In this document: one piece after another, positions 1 to 9,027 of the stretch
How positions within the stretch are numbered: the first letter of the stretch is position 1
Layout: the number at the start of each line of letters is the position of its first letter
Origin: an uncultured Planctomycetales bacterium
GTDB lineage: Bacteria; Omnitrophota; Gorgyraeia; Gygaellales; Profunditerraquicolaceae
Assembly: GCA_964603585.1 (NCBI GenBank)
Contig: CAZRVK010000001.1
Span: 69,327 to 133,326 of the forward strand
Direction: 5' to 3'
DNA: 64,000 nt
Notes under the pieces: generated by a model
The model's input: the letters and a program-made list of their open reading frames with translations, nothing else
Databases searched by the model: none
Told to the model about the DNA's origin: nothing
Position numbers and translations under genes: made by a program

Positions 1-430
1 CAAGCAATACCGGAGATGCCTTTTTGATCAAGCCGATAATTTCTTTCTCATTATTACTGGAAACGATGTATTCCGCGGTTTTTGCATCCATTCCTTGGGG
101 AAAAGCCCCCTGATTTTCCTGTTTTGCGGCAGACAATTTGCTTTTTAGATCCGAGAATGATTTGATAAAATCCTTATCCATGGTTTTCACCGTTACTTCC
201 CACCCTTTTTTCTCAAACTCTTTCCGGAAAAAAGAAGCCAGGCATTCAAGACAAGTATCCGTTGACTGATACTGCAGGACTACTGAAGTACCTGAAGATT
301 TAGCAATAGAGGCCGGCAAAGAAAGATCCATCGCCCTTAAGATCTCCCGCTCCGTATCAGGGATCTCTGCATAAGCTAACCCAGAAATAAGGAAACTGAC
401 TAAAACCAGGCACAATAATCTTTTCTTCAT
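1..430 (-). CDS. hypothetical secreted protein (N-terminal part; gene continues beyond window start)
   Basis: ATG (minus) at 428-430 followed by MKKRLLCLVLVSFLISGLAYA signal-peptide-like N-terminus; reading frame open to window edge. Confidence 0.4.
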   Translation of the reverse strand, partial: MKKRLLCLVLVSFLISGLAYAEIPDTEREILRAMDLSLPASIAKSSGTSVVLQYQSTDTCLECLASFFRKEFEKKGWEVTVKTMDKDFIKSFSDLKSKLSAAKQENQGAFPQGMDAKTAEYIVSSNNEKEIIGLIKKASPVLL

Positions 431-448
431 TTTCGCTCCTTAAACTAA

Positions 449-1087
449 TTAGGTTGGATTGATACAACGAAACTTCATACGAATAGTTTCAGTACCCGTA
501 CAAATTACAAGGACTACCGGAAGTTGAATAGGTATTGCGATACATAAAGGCAAAACCCCGCTCTCACCTTGCACCGAATTCAAGAGGCCTGGCTGGGGGC
601 CTGCTGTCTCGCAATCGTGGCTTACTGGAAAAGGCGTCAGTAAAAGCGGCTTAAAAGCAGTCCAGGGCTGAACTTGCCAGGTCGGAACCCTCCATTTACC
701 GGCGGTTCCGGACTCATCAACGATACTCGCAGTAGTTATATCCTTGGCGCGCAGGACACGCATATAAGCCGTAGTATTCGAATTAAAATCCAGCCGGGGC
801 GTGGAAATATTTCCGTCGCTGCCAATACTGGTTTGCACACCGGCTCCCGGAACAGCCGGGACACTGGTTTGCGAGGAAGTAGTCTGTAATGATCCGGTCG
901 CCGATAAAACCATCGACTGATTTGCCGTCGTCTTGTTATAAACATCGATTTCGTTATAATTACCTAACGGCGAAGGATAATAAGTTGTCAGGGAAACCGA
1001 TTCAGGCGCGGCAGAAATCCCGCTTATTCCGGGAAAAATCCCGCTAAGGATAAGGCTCAAACATAAGCAGATTATTTTTCTTAACAT
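449..1087 (-). CDS. secreted protein, paralog 1 of a TYYPSP-motif family
   Basis: Sec-type signal peptide (…GISAA) then SVSLTTYYPSPLGNY; Thr/Ser/Gly-rich; shares the post-signal motif with the two downstream ORFs. Confidence 0.55.
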   Translation of the reverse strand: MLRKIICLCLSLILSGIFPGISGISAAPESVSLTTYYPSPLGNYNEIDVYNKTTANQSMVLSATGSLQTTSSQTSVPAVPGAGVQTSIGSDGNISTPRLDFNSNTTAYMRVLRAKDITTASIVDESGTAGKWRVPTWQVQPWTAFKPLLLTPFPVSHDCETAGPQPGLLNSVQGESGVLPLCIAIPIQLPVVLVICTGTETIRMKFRCINPT

Positions 1088-1089
1088 AT

Positions 1090-1899
1090 TTAGTCCTTTA
1101 TCTTATAACGAAAAGCCGCGTATTGATTAGTATAGCTTGAACCAAAGCCAACCAACACTGCTACACCCAGGCCGAAATGACTGCTGCCAAGCTGAACACC
1201 GACTCCGATCCCGGCGACGATTTCCGGATACTTTGTCGTCCTGTACAATGCCTTTGCCGCAGAACATTCTCCCGGCCCGCAAGCCCCGGATAAAGTACTC
1301 CTGAAAACCGTTAAAGGATTAAGAGCTGCCAAACAAGCATCCAGGCTGGCTGGCGGCCCTAAATAACAATTGGCGATGCTCTGCGACATCGCATGATAAT
1401 CATACCCGGAAGTAGCTCCCGGATTTGTATCGTTAAAAGGCGGAAAATATAAGTCCGGAACCTCTTTAAGAGGAACTCCGGCTATTTCTATATAAGCCGG
1501 ATTAGAAGGGTTCCCAAAATTAACCACACGAAGTTGATTACTGACATTTACGCCTCCGGTACATAAACCGGAATTACAACCATACACCGAGACCGTATCG
1601 ATATAAGCGTCTTTTTTTATCCTGATCCCAGCCGCCGGGCATAACGCAGTGCCGGAAGCCCGGTCGCAAATGGTCATGATCGTCGGGCCGCTTGCATCGC
1701 CCACACTAAAATCACCGTTTGATTTTACGGCAATATTACTGGTCGCATCTGTTCGTGTATTAATAAAGAAATCATAAACATGGACATTAGGAGAAGGATA
1801 ATATGAGGTAATAACAATTCCGCTATCCGCCGCAAATACAAGAGCGCAGGGATACGCCAGGAGAACTAAAACCAGGAATAAAACTGTTTTATGTTTCAT
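1090..1899 (-). CDS. secreted Cys/Gly-rich protein, paralog 2 of the TYYPSP-motif family
   Basis: ORF 1090-1938; likely start at internal Met (MKHKTVLFLVLVLLAYPCALVFAA signal peptide) then GIVITSYYPSPNVHVY; many Cys; Gly-rich C-terminus ending in FRYKIKD. Confidence 0.55.
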   Translation of the reverse strand: MKHKTVLFLVLVLLAYPCALVFAADSGIVITSYYPSPNVHVYDFFINTRTDATSNIAVKSNGDFSVGDASGPTIMTICDRASGTALCPAAGIRIKKDAYIDTVSVYGCNSGLCTGGVNVSNQLRVVNFGNPSNPAYIEIAGVPLKEVPDLYFPPFNDTNPGATSGYDYHAMSQSIANCYLGPPASLDACLAALNPLTVFRSTLSGACGPGECSAAKALYRTTKYPEIVAGIGVGVQLGSSHFGLGVAVLVGFGSSYTNQYAAFRYKIKD

Positions 1900-1907
1900 C
1901 CACATGT

Positions 1908-2942
1908 TTAACTCCCGCTCAAACACGCATTGTAACAAGTAGGATCACCGCTGCATATACAATTACATAACTGCTGTTTGGCCGTATTAACCGGCGGATA
2001 TAAAGGATCTCGTATTGCTTTTAAGTTCTGGTATTGGTTCCATAAAGGAGGACATTGTGCCAAAGTAGGATCATACCCGCATCCCACCGATTGGCCGTTA
2101 GTATCCGGGATCGCCTCTGTAATAATAGGCAGACTATTACAACATCCCGCGCTTCTCATCTGATCAAACTTGGCGACAATATTCAACTGCGCGTTCTTCC
2201 AGGCAGTGTTCTTTGCGTTATAGTTATCATATTGGGCCTGGCATGGTGAAGGAGTAGTACTCCCAGAAAGTGATGCATCCGTACCGGCAATTTTACAGCA
2301 ACGATAATTTACCACGGCCATCTTCACTCCCCCGCCTAATCCCAAAGCTCCACAGGCATAACCTCCGCCAACCCCTGCGCCCAGATAAAATCCGGGGGTT
2401 TCCCACACACCGGTCAAATAAGAGTTATCGGGACACGCCGCAGTATATGAAAACACAAAGAAACTTGAAAAATCAGTGCATTGGCCTGGGCCCGGCCAGG
2501 AATCGATTATATTGCCGCCAACATTCAAACTATTCAGGTCACGGATCGCATTCACGTTAAGATTATACGTATTAAAGCTCATAGTCGCAGCAGTCGAACC
2601 CGGAGGAGGAATAACCCTTATTGATTTATTCTGGTCGAATAAAGAAAAATACACCGGGGTGCTGATAAAATTCGTATATGTACTACCCGGAGGATAAGAA
2701 CCGGTAGGAGTCGCAGTATTGCCTACTCGTAACGGATAATTGCTGCCGGTAATCTCTTTTTTGAACTCACCGGTTACAATCGTAGATTGGGATAAAAGTT
2801 TATCGGTTGTCAGTTGGTCGTATTTTAGTACCGGGGCGGGGAAATATGTGCTTACCTGGACTTTCTCATCAGCCGCAGAACAGATACTCGTAAAAGCCGC
2901 GATCAGAAGAAATAACCCTATGATCTTGCATGTTTTTGCCAT
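1908..2942 (-). CDS. secreted Cys/Gly-rich protein, paralog 3 of the TYYPSP-motif family
   Basis: Signal peptide MAKTCKIIGLFLLIAAFTSICSAA then VQVSTYFPAPVLKY; Cys-rich C-terminus CNCICSGDPTCYNACLSGS; GxGxGGG stretch. Confidence 0.55.
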   Translation of the reverse strand: MAKTCKIIGLFLLIAAFTSICSAADEKVQVSTYFPAPVLKYDQLTTDKLLSQSTIVTGEFKKEITGSNYPLRVGNTATPTGSYPPGSTYTNFISTPVYFSLFDQNKSIRVIPPPGSTAATMSFNTYNLNVNAIRDLNSLNVGGNIIDSWPGPGQCTDFSSFFVFSYTAACPDNSYLTGVWETPGFYLGAGVGGGYACGALGLGGGVKMAVVNYRCCKIAGTDASLSGSTTPSPCQAQYDNYNAKNTAWKNAQLNIVAKFDQMRSAGCCNSLPIITEAIPDTNGQSVGCGYDPTLAQCPPLWNQYQNLKAIRDPLYPPVNTAKQQLCNCICSGDPTCYNACLSGS

Positions 2943-3121
2943 GTTCTGAAATTTAGGTATTACTTTCTTATTAAGCTCTTACTTATATATATGTACTTAA
3001 ATAATAACACGAAGCAAAAACAAGTCAAGCAAAATTAATATACAAAACGAAAACGGTTACAATCCCTTTACAAAAAAAGATTTTTTGCTATAATAAGCTG
3101 TATAGATAAACGAGGTATCCT

Positions 3122-3943
3122 ATGTATTGTAGTTTCTATGGCTTAAAAGAACGCCCGTTCAATGTCACAAGCGACCCCTCCTTCTTTTTCTCCAGTATAA
3201 AACACAAAGAAGCGTTCTCACACCTTTATTATGGCGTAACCCAAAGGAAAGGAATCATTGTCCTTACCGGAGAGATCGGAACCGGTAAAACCACTCTTTG
3301 CCGGTTCTTCATAAGCCAGCTGGCTAAAAATGTCAAAACCGCACTGATCCTAAACCCGCATTTTTCAGAGATACAGCTCTTGGAGGCGATCATCAAGGAT
3401 TTTGGCATAACCACAACGGATAAAACCCGCCTCTCGTTTATCTCCGAACTAAACCGTTTTTTGATCAACGAATCCAGCTCCGGCAATAATGTAGTTTTGA
3501 TCATTGATGAAGCCCAGAACTTAAAACCAAACCAGCTTGAACAGATCCGCCTGCTCTCAAATCTCGAAACTGAAAAGGAAAAATTGATCCAGGTTATTTT
3601 AGCCGGACAGCCCGAGTTGAACCGCAGGCTTAACCTTTATGACCTGCGCCAGCTGCAGCAAAGGATAATGGTCCGCTACCATATCACACCGTTAAACAAA
3701 GAAGAGGTAAAAGATTATATCTTCCACCGGCTCAATATTGCCGGCTCGTTAAATCGTATTATTTTTACTGATGAAGCCATTCAGTCGATCACGGATTTTT
3801 CCGGAGGGATCCCGCGCCTGATCAATATTACCTGTGACCGGGCGCTTCTGGCAGGGTTCGTTGCAGAAACCTATACTATCGATAGAGAGATCATAAAAAA
3901 ATGTATCGAAGAACTTGACAGTTACTTTGCGAGGCAGGTATAA
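3122..3943 (+). CDS. exeA: ExeA/GspA/MshM-family AAA ATPase (type II secretion / type IV pilus-associated)
   Basis: YGLKERPF N-terminus, Walker A LTGEIGTGKTTL, Walker B VVLIIDEAQNL, LLSNLETEKEKLIQVILAGQPEL; closely parallels the MshM/ExeA sequence pattern. Confidence 0.8.
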   Translation: MYCSFYGLKERPFNVTSDPSFFFSSIKHKEAFSHLYYGVTQRKGIIVLTGEIGTGKTTLCRFFISQLAKNVKTALILNPHFSEIQLLEAIIKDFGITTTDKTRLSFISELNRFLINESSSGNNVVLIIDEAQNLKPNQLEQIRLLSNLETEKEKLIQVILAGQPELNRRLNLYDLRQLQQRIMVRYHITPLNKEEVKDYIFHRLNIAGSLNRIIFTDEAIQSITDFSGGIPRLINITCDRALLAGFVAETYTIDREIIKKCIEELDSYFARQV

Positions 3944-3945
3944 AA

Positions 3946-4515
3946 ATGAGCATAATCTATGAAGCACTAAAAAAAGTAGAAAAATCGCAAAATCCGCCGC
4001 AGGCTCCACAAACAGAAACTCCCCCTGCACCCCCCAAAAAAAGCCTCGCCCAGCAGGTCAAAACCGGTTTAATCCTTATACTGGTGCTGGCTTCAGGGAT
4101 ATTCGTGGCCAATCTCCTCTTTAACTTATTGCACCAGCTTGCCCTAAGATCCCACGACACAAAAGTTACTGTCCAACCGCAAAAAACACCGCCGCCGGTC
4201 ATTCCTCATCCCGCAAAGACCGAGGAAGTAAAAAAACTTCCGGAAGAAATAACTTCTTCTGCTCCGGAACCCGCTCCTTTAGAAAATGTTCAAGGATCAA
4301 TACTCGCAACCAGGAAAAATGAGCAAAAAAGCGAATCCGCACCGAAATTAGTATTGAACGGGATATTCTCTTCTAACGGGCAGAGTTATGCCTTGATCAA
4401 CAACCATATTTTAAAGGAAGGCGACAGTATAAACGGAGCAATTATAAAAAGGATTTCCCCGGCTGGCGTCGATATCGAATCGGCGGACGGTAACAGGCAT
4501 CTCTCCCACAATTAG
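3946..4515 (+). CDS. membrane-anchored Pro-rich protein, putative ExeB/GspB-like partner of ExeA
   Basis: 3-nt gap from exeA; one TM helix (GLILILVLASGIFVANLLF), Pro-rich linker, C-terminal LVLNGIFSSNGQSYALINNHILKEGDSINGAIIKRI motif resembling the GspB C-terminal domain. Confidence 0.45.
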   Translation: MSIIYEALKKVEKSQNPPQAPQTETPPAPPKKSLAQQVKTGLILILVLASGIFVANLLFNLLHQLALRSHDTKVTVQPQKTPPPVIPHPAKTEEVKKLPEEITSSAPEPAPLENVQGSILATRKNEQKSESAPKLVLNGIFSSNGQSYALINNHILKEGDSINGAIIKRISPAGVDIESADGNRHLSHN

Positions 4516-4523
4516 GCCAGGTG

Positions 4524-5609
4524 TTAGAATTGTTCTCGGAGGACTTTGGTAACAAGATCAAGCGGAATGCCTTCTATTATTTTCGCAGCCCCTATCCCCT
4601 GCAGGATGACAAACCGGTTCTTCAACCCGGTGAACTTCTTATCGTGATAATGCGCTTTGATAATATCTTTAAGTAAGAGCCCTTTTATCATTACCGGTAA
4701 ACCGGCATTCCTGATCAAACCTTTTATTCTTATCGCGCAAGTTGTATCGATAAACCCTAACTGCCGGCTTAATGCGCTGGCAAAAACCATTCCAATCGCT
4801 ACTGCCTCTCCGTGGTTGTATTTTTTATATCCTCCTGCGGATTCAACCGCGTGTCCTATGGTATGCCCAAAGTTCAAGGCCGTGCGCACGCCATTAATTT
4901 CCCTTTCATCGCAAGAAACAATACCGGCTTTTATCGCACTACAGCGGGAAACCAGGTACTCCAATACCATAGGCTCGCAGGCAAAAACCTTTTGATAATT
5001 ATCTTCCAGGAACCCGAACATTTTCCGGTCGGATATCAAAGCGTATTTGATCACTTCCGCAAGCCCGCTTCTTAACTGACGCAAAGGCAGTGACCTTAAA
5101 AATGCGGTATCTGTCAGCACAAGCCTTGGCTGATAAAATGCCCCGACTAAATTCTTGCCTTCTGCCAGGTCCAGGCCGGTCTTTCCCCCGATACTGGAAT
5201 CCACCTGCGCTAAAAGAGTCGTCGGCACCTGGATATACGGCGTCCCGCGCTTGTAAATAGAAGCGGTAAACCCGGACAGGTCCCCGACCACTCCTCCGCC
5301 AAAAGCGATAATAAAAACCTTGCGGCGCGAACCATATTTTGCCAGGTCTCTTAGTACTTCATTCAAACAGGCAATGGATTTACTTGATTCTGAATCGGCA
5401 ATAACCTTAAACTTTGCACCTATGCCAGCTTTAGTTAATATCCCATGTAAAAGTGCGCCGTATTTACTCTTTACAAGAGAATTGGTAATAACATAAGCAT
5501 CCGAGCCCAGACCTAATGCAGAAACCAGTTTCCCCAGCCGGCCGATAATATGGCTGCCGATAACAATATTATAACTGCGCTCTTTTAAGCTGACTTTTAT
5601 GATCTTCAT
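4524..5609 (-). CDS. aroB: 3-dehydroquinate synthase
   Basis: GGGVVGDLSGFTASIYKRGTPYIQVPTTLLAQVDSSIGGKTG and HGEAVAIGM motifs typical of AroB. Confidence 0.85.
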   Translation of the reverse strand: MKIIKVSLKERSYNIVIGSHIIGRLGKLVSALGLGSDAYVITNSLVKSKYGALLHGILTKAGIGAKFKVIADSESSKSIACLNEVLRDLAKYGSRRKVFIIAFGGGVVGDLSGFTASIYKRGTPYIQVPTTLLAQVDSSIGGKTGLDLAEGKNLVGAFYQPRLVLTDTAFLRSLPLRQLRSGLAEVIKYALISDRKMFGFLEDNYQKVFACEPMVLEYLVSRCSAIKAGIVSCDEREINGVRTALNFGHTIGHAVESAGGYKKYNHGEAVAIGMVFASALSRQLGFIDTTCAIRIKGLIRNAGLPVMIKGLLLKDIIKAHYHDKKFTGLKNRFVILQGIGAAKIIEGIPLDLVTKVLREQF

Positions 5610-5612
5610 ATC

Positions 5613-6230
5613 TTAATATGTTATCCCCAAAAGCCCGGTTATAAATCTTACCATCGGCCAGACAAAAATATCGGTGATGCGTAAATAAATAAGCGCCATC
5701 AGGATGATAAAACCATAAGGCTCAATCCGGGAATATTTCTCGGACAACTCATAGGGCAATATGGCAGACAATATCCGTGACCCGTCCAAAGGAGGAATGG
5801 GTAGAAGATTAAAAACCCCCAAGATAATATTGATATAAATAAGATACCCCAGCATAAAATGCAAAATAGATGATGCGGGTAAAAACCTCCAAACCATGCT
5901 GACTATAAAAGCAAAGATAAAATTCGCCAAAGGCCCGCTTAATCCAATTAACCCCATATCCCGTTTCGGATTTTTTAAGCTCCAGTAATTTATCGGGACC
6001 GGCTTTGCATAACCAAAAACAAAACGCCCCCCGGTTGAAATAAAAAGAAGCAATGGCAAAACTACCGTTCCGATAGGGTCGATATGGTGAATCGGGTTCA
6101 AACTAAGGCGGCCGGAATATTTAGCGGTGGTATCCCCAAGTTTATATGCCACCCAGCCATGGGCGAATTCATGCACCGTCATCGCGATTATCAGTAACCC
6201 GAAGGAAATCAAAAGGCCTCCTAAATTCAT
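5613..6230 (-). CDS. site-2 protease family (peptidase M50) membrane metalloprotease
   Basis: HEFAHG zinc motif in first TM helix; multiple TM segments; LDGSRIL motif. Confidence 0.8.
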   Translation of the reverse strand: MNLGGLLISFGLLIIAMTVHEFAHGWVAYKLGDTTAKYSGRLSLNPIHHIDPIGTVVLPLLLFISTGGRFVFGYAKPVPINYWSLKNPKRDMGLIGLSGPLANFIFAFIVSMVWRFLPASSILHFMLGYLIYINIILGVFNLLPIPPLDGSRILSAILPYELSEKYSRIEPYGFIILMALIYLRITDIFVWPMVRFITGLLGITY

Positions 6231-7021
6231 TCCATGACCTCCATTTTACTTACTTCTATTACTGGATATTTTGAACCGGCAGCAGTTATAAATTTACCGC
6301 TGACCCTTGCTTTATGATATGTAAGCGAATTAAGATTTTCCCTATTCCCTTTCAAAAGAAAAACCTGGTTATCCAGGGATATGATCTTATGTGTCGCCTG
6401 ACGCTTGATTACCCTGCCGTAAGGATGGACATACCCTTCGACCTTGATTTCATCTACAGGAATAACAGTTACCGTCTCCGGCAAAGGTTGAATAACCGAA
6501 AGAGGTGTGGGAAGGGTCTTAACCGCGGCATCCAAAGATGGCTCACTTGCTACAGGGTCGCATTTTACAACAAACCGTTTGTGTATCCATCCAAAACTGT
6601 TATTTACCGGAACAATTCTTGCCCACTCTCCCTGCCGCAAGATGATATTCACCACTTCACCTTTGTTCACCTGACCGACTATAGGCGCGGATTTATCAGG
6701 GGCAAGACGGATATTTACCCGGTCATTCAAAACCTTAGCCGTACGCTCATCGATATTAGAAAGCAGGTCATTTTTTATGAATGATGGAGCATTATGCGGC
6801 AGGCGTATCTTGTACCAATCATATGACTGGGCAATGACCTCAATCTGGTCAGGCTTGCTCAAATTACAGATAAGCGCGGACAAAACCGTAGAATCACTAC
6901 GTACATTAATATTATCCTCTATTACTTTCCCTTGAAACGGCTCAAAACCAAAGGCGCAAGTGACAAACCTTGCGCCCAGGAAGAATACTAAAACCGTAAC
7001 AAAAAACAGCTTTCGGACCAT
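6227..7021 (-). CDS. SH3b-domain protein (secreted/membrane-anchored)
   Basis: N-terminal hydrophobic anchor; two SH3b-like repeats (NVRSDSTV…YDWYKI and NIRLAPDKSAPIVGQVNKGEVV…GEWARI). Confidence 0.5.
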   Translation of the reverse strand: MVRKLFFVTVLVFFLGARFVTCAFGFEPFQGKVIEDNINVRSDSTVLSALICNLSKPDQIEVIAQSYDWYKIRLPHNAPSFIKNDLLSNIDERTAKVLNDRVNIRLAPDKSAPIVGQVNKGEVVNIILRQGEWARIVPVNNSFGWIHKRFVVKCDPVASEPSLDAAVKTLPTPLSVIQPLPETVTVIPVDEIKVEGYVHPYGRVIKRQATHKIISLDNQVFLLKGNRENLNSLTYHKARVSGKFITAAGSKYPVIEVSKMEVME

Positions 7022-7026
7022 ACCGA

Positions 7027-7296
7027 TTATTTCTTCTCCGCAGTTTTGCCTGCAGGAGCCTTGGCAGCTTCTTTGCCGGCAGCGGGAGCCGCACCTTCAG
7101 CCGTAGCCTCTGCCTTCTCGGCTTTTTCTTTTTTGATCTTAATGCGTAAAGTCTTTATTTTGGGCAGGCCAAAAATATCCTCCCCTTCCTTCCAATCCCC
7201 CCGCTCAAGCATAGTCTTAAGGCGTTCCGGGCGTTTCAATACCGACCTCTGTTTTTTGGTTTTATCTGCGGCTCGTAAAGACGGATGTATCGACAT
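7027..7296 (-). CDS. small basic Lys/Ala-rich hypothetical protein
   Basis: 89-aa ORF; highly basic N-terminus; KAEKAEATAEGAAPAAGKEAAKAPAGKTAEKK tail. Confidence 0.4.
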   Translation of the reverse strand: MSIHPSLRAADKTKKQRSVLKRPERLKTMLERGDWKEGEDIFGLPKIKTLRIKIKKEKAEKAEATAEGAAPAAGKEAAKAPAGKTAEKK

Positions 7297-7300
7297 GTGT

Positions 7301-7897
7301 TTATAACCTCCTTATAATGCAACCTTTGTATTTTTTCTCTAATTTTCCCATCGCCATCTGCGCTTTTTCCCGATTAGCGAAATTCCCCGCATATAACACA
7401 CTATAATTGCCCTTGACTAAAAGCTTTACCTCTAAGCCAGATTTCCGCAAAACCTCTGCTTCCCTCTGGGCATTCTTACGGTCCTTATAAGCCGCAACTT
7501 GAATTGTATAACGGCCGATATCCTTTTCCTGCAGGCGATTCCCGGTTACCGGCAGTTTTACAACCACCTTTTCCGGTGTATTAATCGAGGAAGCTTTTTG
7601 CACCGGTAACGCCGGTTTAGTCTCAACCGCAGGCGCTGATACCGCCATATCCGCAGGAACCGGATTGGCCGAAGCAGTTTCCAGATTTAAATACCCGCTG
7701 GCCCGGGCGATACGTTTACCGCGTTCCACACCAAAAGAAAAAGAAACTACCGCACAAAGCAAAAAAGCGATACTGATGATAATTACTTTCTCATACCCAA
7801 AGAAAGACGAAAAGAACGAACGATTCTTTCTTACCGGGTTAACATCACCAGTCCCCGATGCCGGAAATAGATCTGCTTGTACATTAGGCCGTTCCAT
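7301..7897 (-). CDS. SPOR-domain cell-division/peptidoglycan-binding protein
   Basis: N-terminal TM helix, C-terminal SPOR-like domain (YTIQVAAYKDRKNAQREAEVLRKSGLEVKLLVKGNYSVLYAGNFANREKA). Confidence 0.6.
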   Translation of the reverse strand: MERPNVQADLFPASGTGDVNPVRKNRSFFSSFFGYEKVIIISIAFLLCAVVSFSFGVERGKRIARASGYLNLETASANPVPADMAVSAPAVETKPALPVQKASSINTPEKVVVKLPVTGNRLQEKDIGRYTIQVAAYKDRKNAQREAEVLRKSGLEVKLLVKGNYSVLYAGNFANREKAQMAMGKLEKKYKGCIIRRL

Positions 7898-7953
7898 AGA
7901 TTAAGCGCCTCCTTTGGCCTGCCCGGGTTTGAAGCCTTAGGGGAAAATTTTAA

Positions 7954-9027
7954 TTATACCGCTTTTTCAGTATGTTGCAAATAATTTTTTGTTTTTATCT
8001 TCTTCACAACCTTTAAGAACGCCTCTACCACCTTCGGATCAAACTGCTGACCGCTTTTTTTCTTGATCTCTTTTATTGCCGAAGGTATATCCATCCTCTC
8101 CCGGTAAGGCCTTCCATAAACCATCGCTTCAAAGGCGTCAGCCACTGCCATGATCCTCGCGCCTTGCGGTATCTGCATTTTCTTAAGTCTGGAGGGATAA
8201 CCCGTACCGTCATATTTTTCATGATGGTGCATGATCATCGGAATGACCGGACGCAGTATCTGCAAAGGCCGCAATATCTGTGCCCCCTTGACCGGATGCT
8301 TCTTTATGATACTATACTCCTCCGGGGTCAACTTAGTGGTCTTAGTCAATATTTCCATCGGGATATCCACTTTTCCCGTGTCATGCAAAAGGCTGGCGTA
8401 TTTCAAGCTTTCAACCTGCTTTTGGTCCAGATGCATTTGAGTGCCAATTGCAACAACCAGCCGGCTAAAATACGGGGAATGCGTATATGCCTGCGGTACA
8501 CGTATATCCAAAAGCGTCACCAGTGATTTTATACTGCCAATTACTATTTTCTGCTGTTCTTCAAAAAGCTGAAAGTTCTTTATCCCGATGATCGCCTGTT
8601 CGGCTAAAGTGACCAAAACCTCATAATCGAACCTTTCAAACGGCCGGTCGCTTTTATTACGGCGCACGATGATCAACCCCATAATATCATCGGACACAAG
8701 CGGCATTGCCAAAAGATGCGGTTTTCTTACCGAAGACAGCGTCTTAATGATATTCTTTTCAAGCCGCCCTTCGATCTTGCATTTTTTGTCAAAACTGTAC
8801 CGTTTGGAACCTTTAGTTTCACATTTAAAAAGAGAGTATTTTTTTGAAGGATCGAGTAAAATGATCTGGCTTTGCCGAGCACTGAAGATCTGATAAAGCA
8901 GACGGGTCAGACGCAAGATCAATTCGTTGAGTTCAAATGTCGAATTGATCAGGCGGTATACGCTGTGCAATGAAGAGGTCAGCGTCTTATACTTTTTCGT
9001 AGGGGTCAAATAATTTTTTGTATTCAT
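7954..9027 (-). CDS. HD-GYP c-di-GMP phosphodiesterase with N-terminal GAF-like domain
   Basis: HD motif (LLHDTGK) and HHHEKYDGTGYP (HD-GYP signature). Confidence 0.8.
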   Translation of the reverse strand: MNTKNYLTPTKKYKTLTSSLHSVYRLINSTFELNELILRLTRLLYQIFSARQSQIILLDPSKKYSLFKCETKGSKRYSFDKKCKIEGRLEKNIIKTLSSVRKPHLLAMPLVSDDIMGLIIVRRNKSDRPFERFDYEVLVTLAEQAIIGIKNFQLFEEQQKIVIGSIKSLVTLLDIRVPQAYTHSPYFSRLVVAIGTQMHLDQKQVESLKYASLLHDTGKVDIPMEILTKTTKLTPEEYSIIKKHPVKGAQILRPLQILRPVIPMIMHHHEKYDGTGYPSRLKKMQIPQGARIMAVADAFEAMVYGRPYRERMDIPSAIKEIKKKSGQQFDPKVVEAFLKVVKKIKTKNYLQHTEKAV

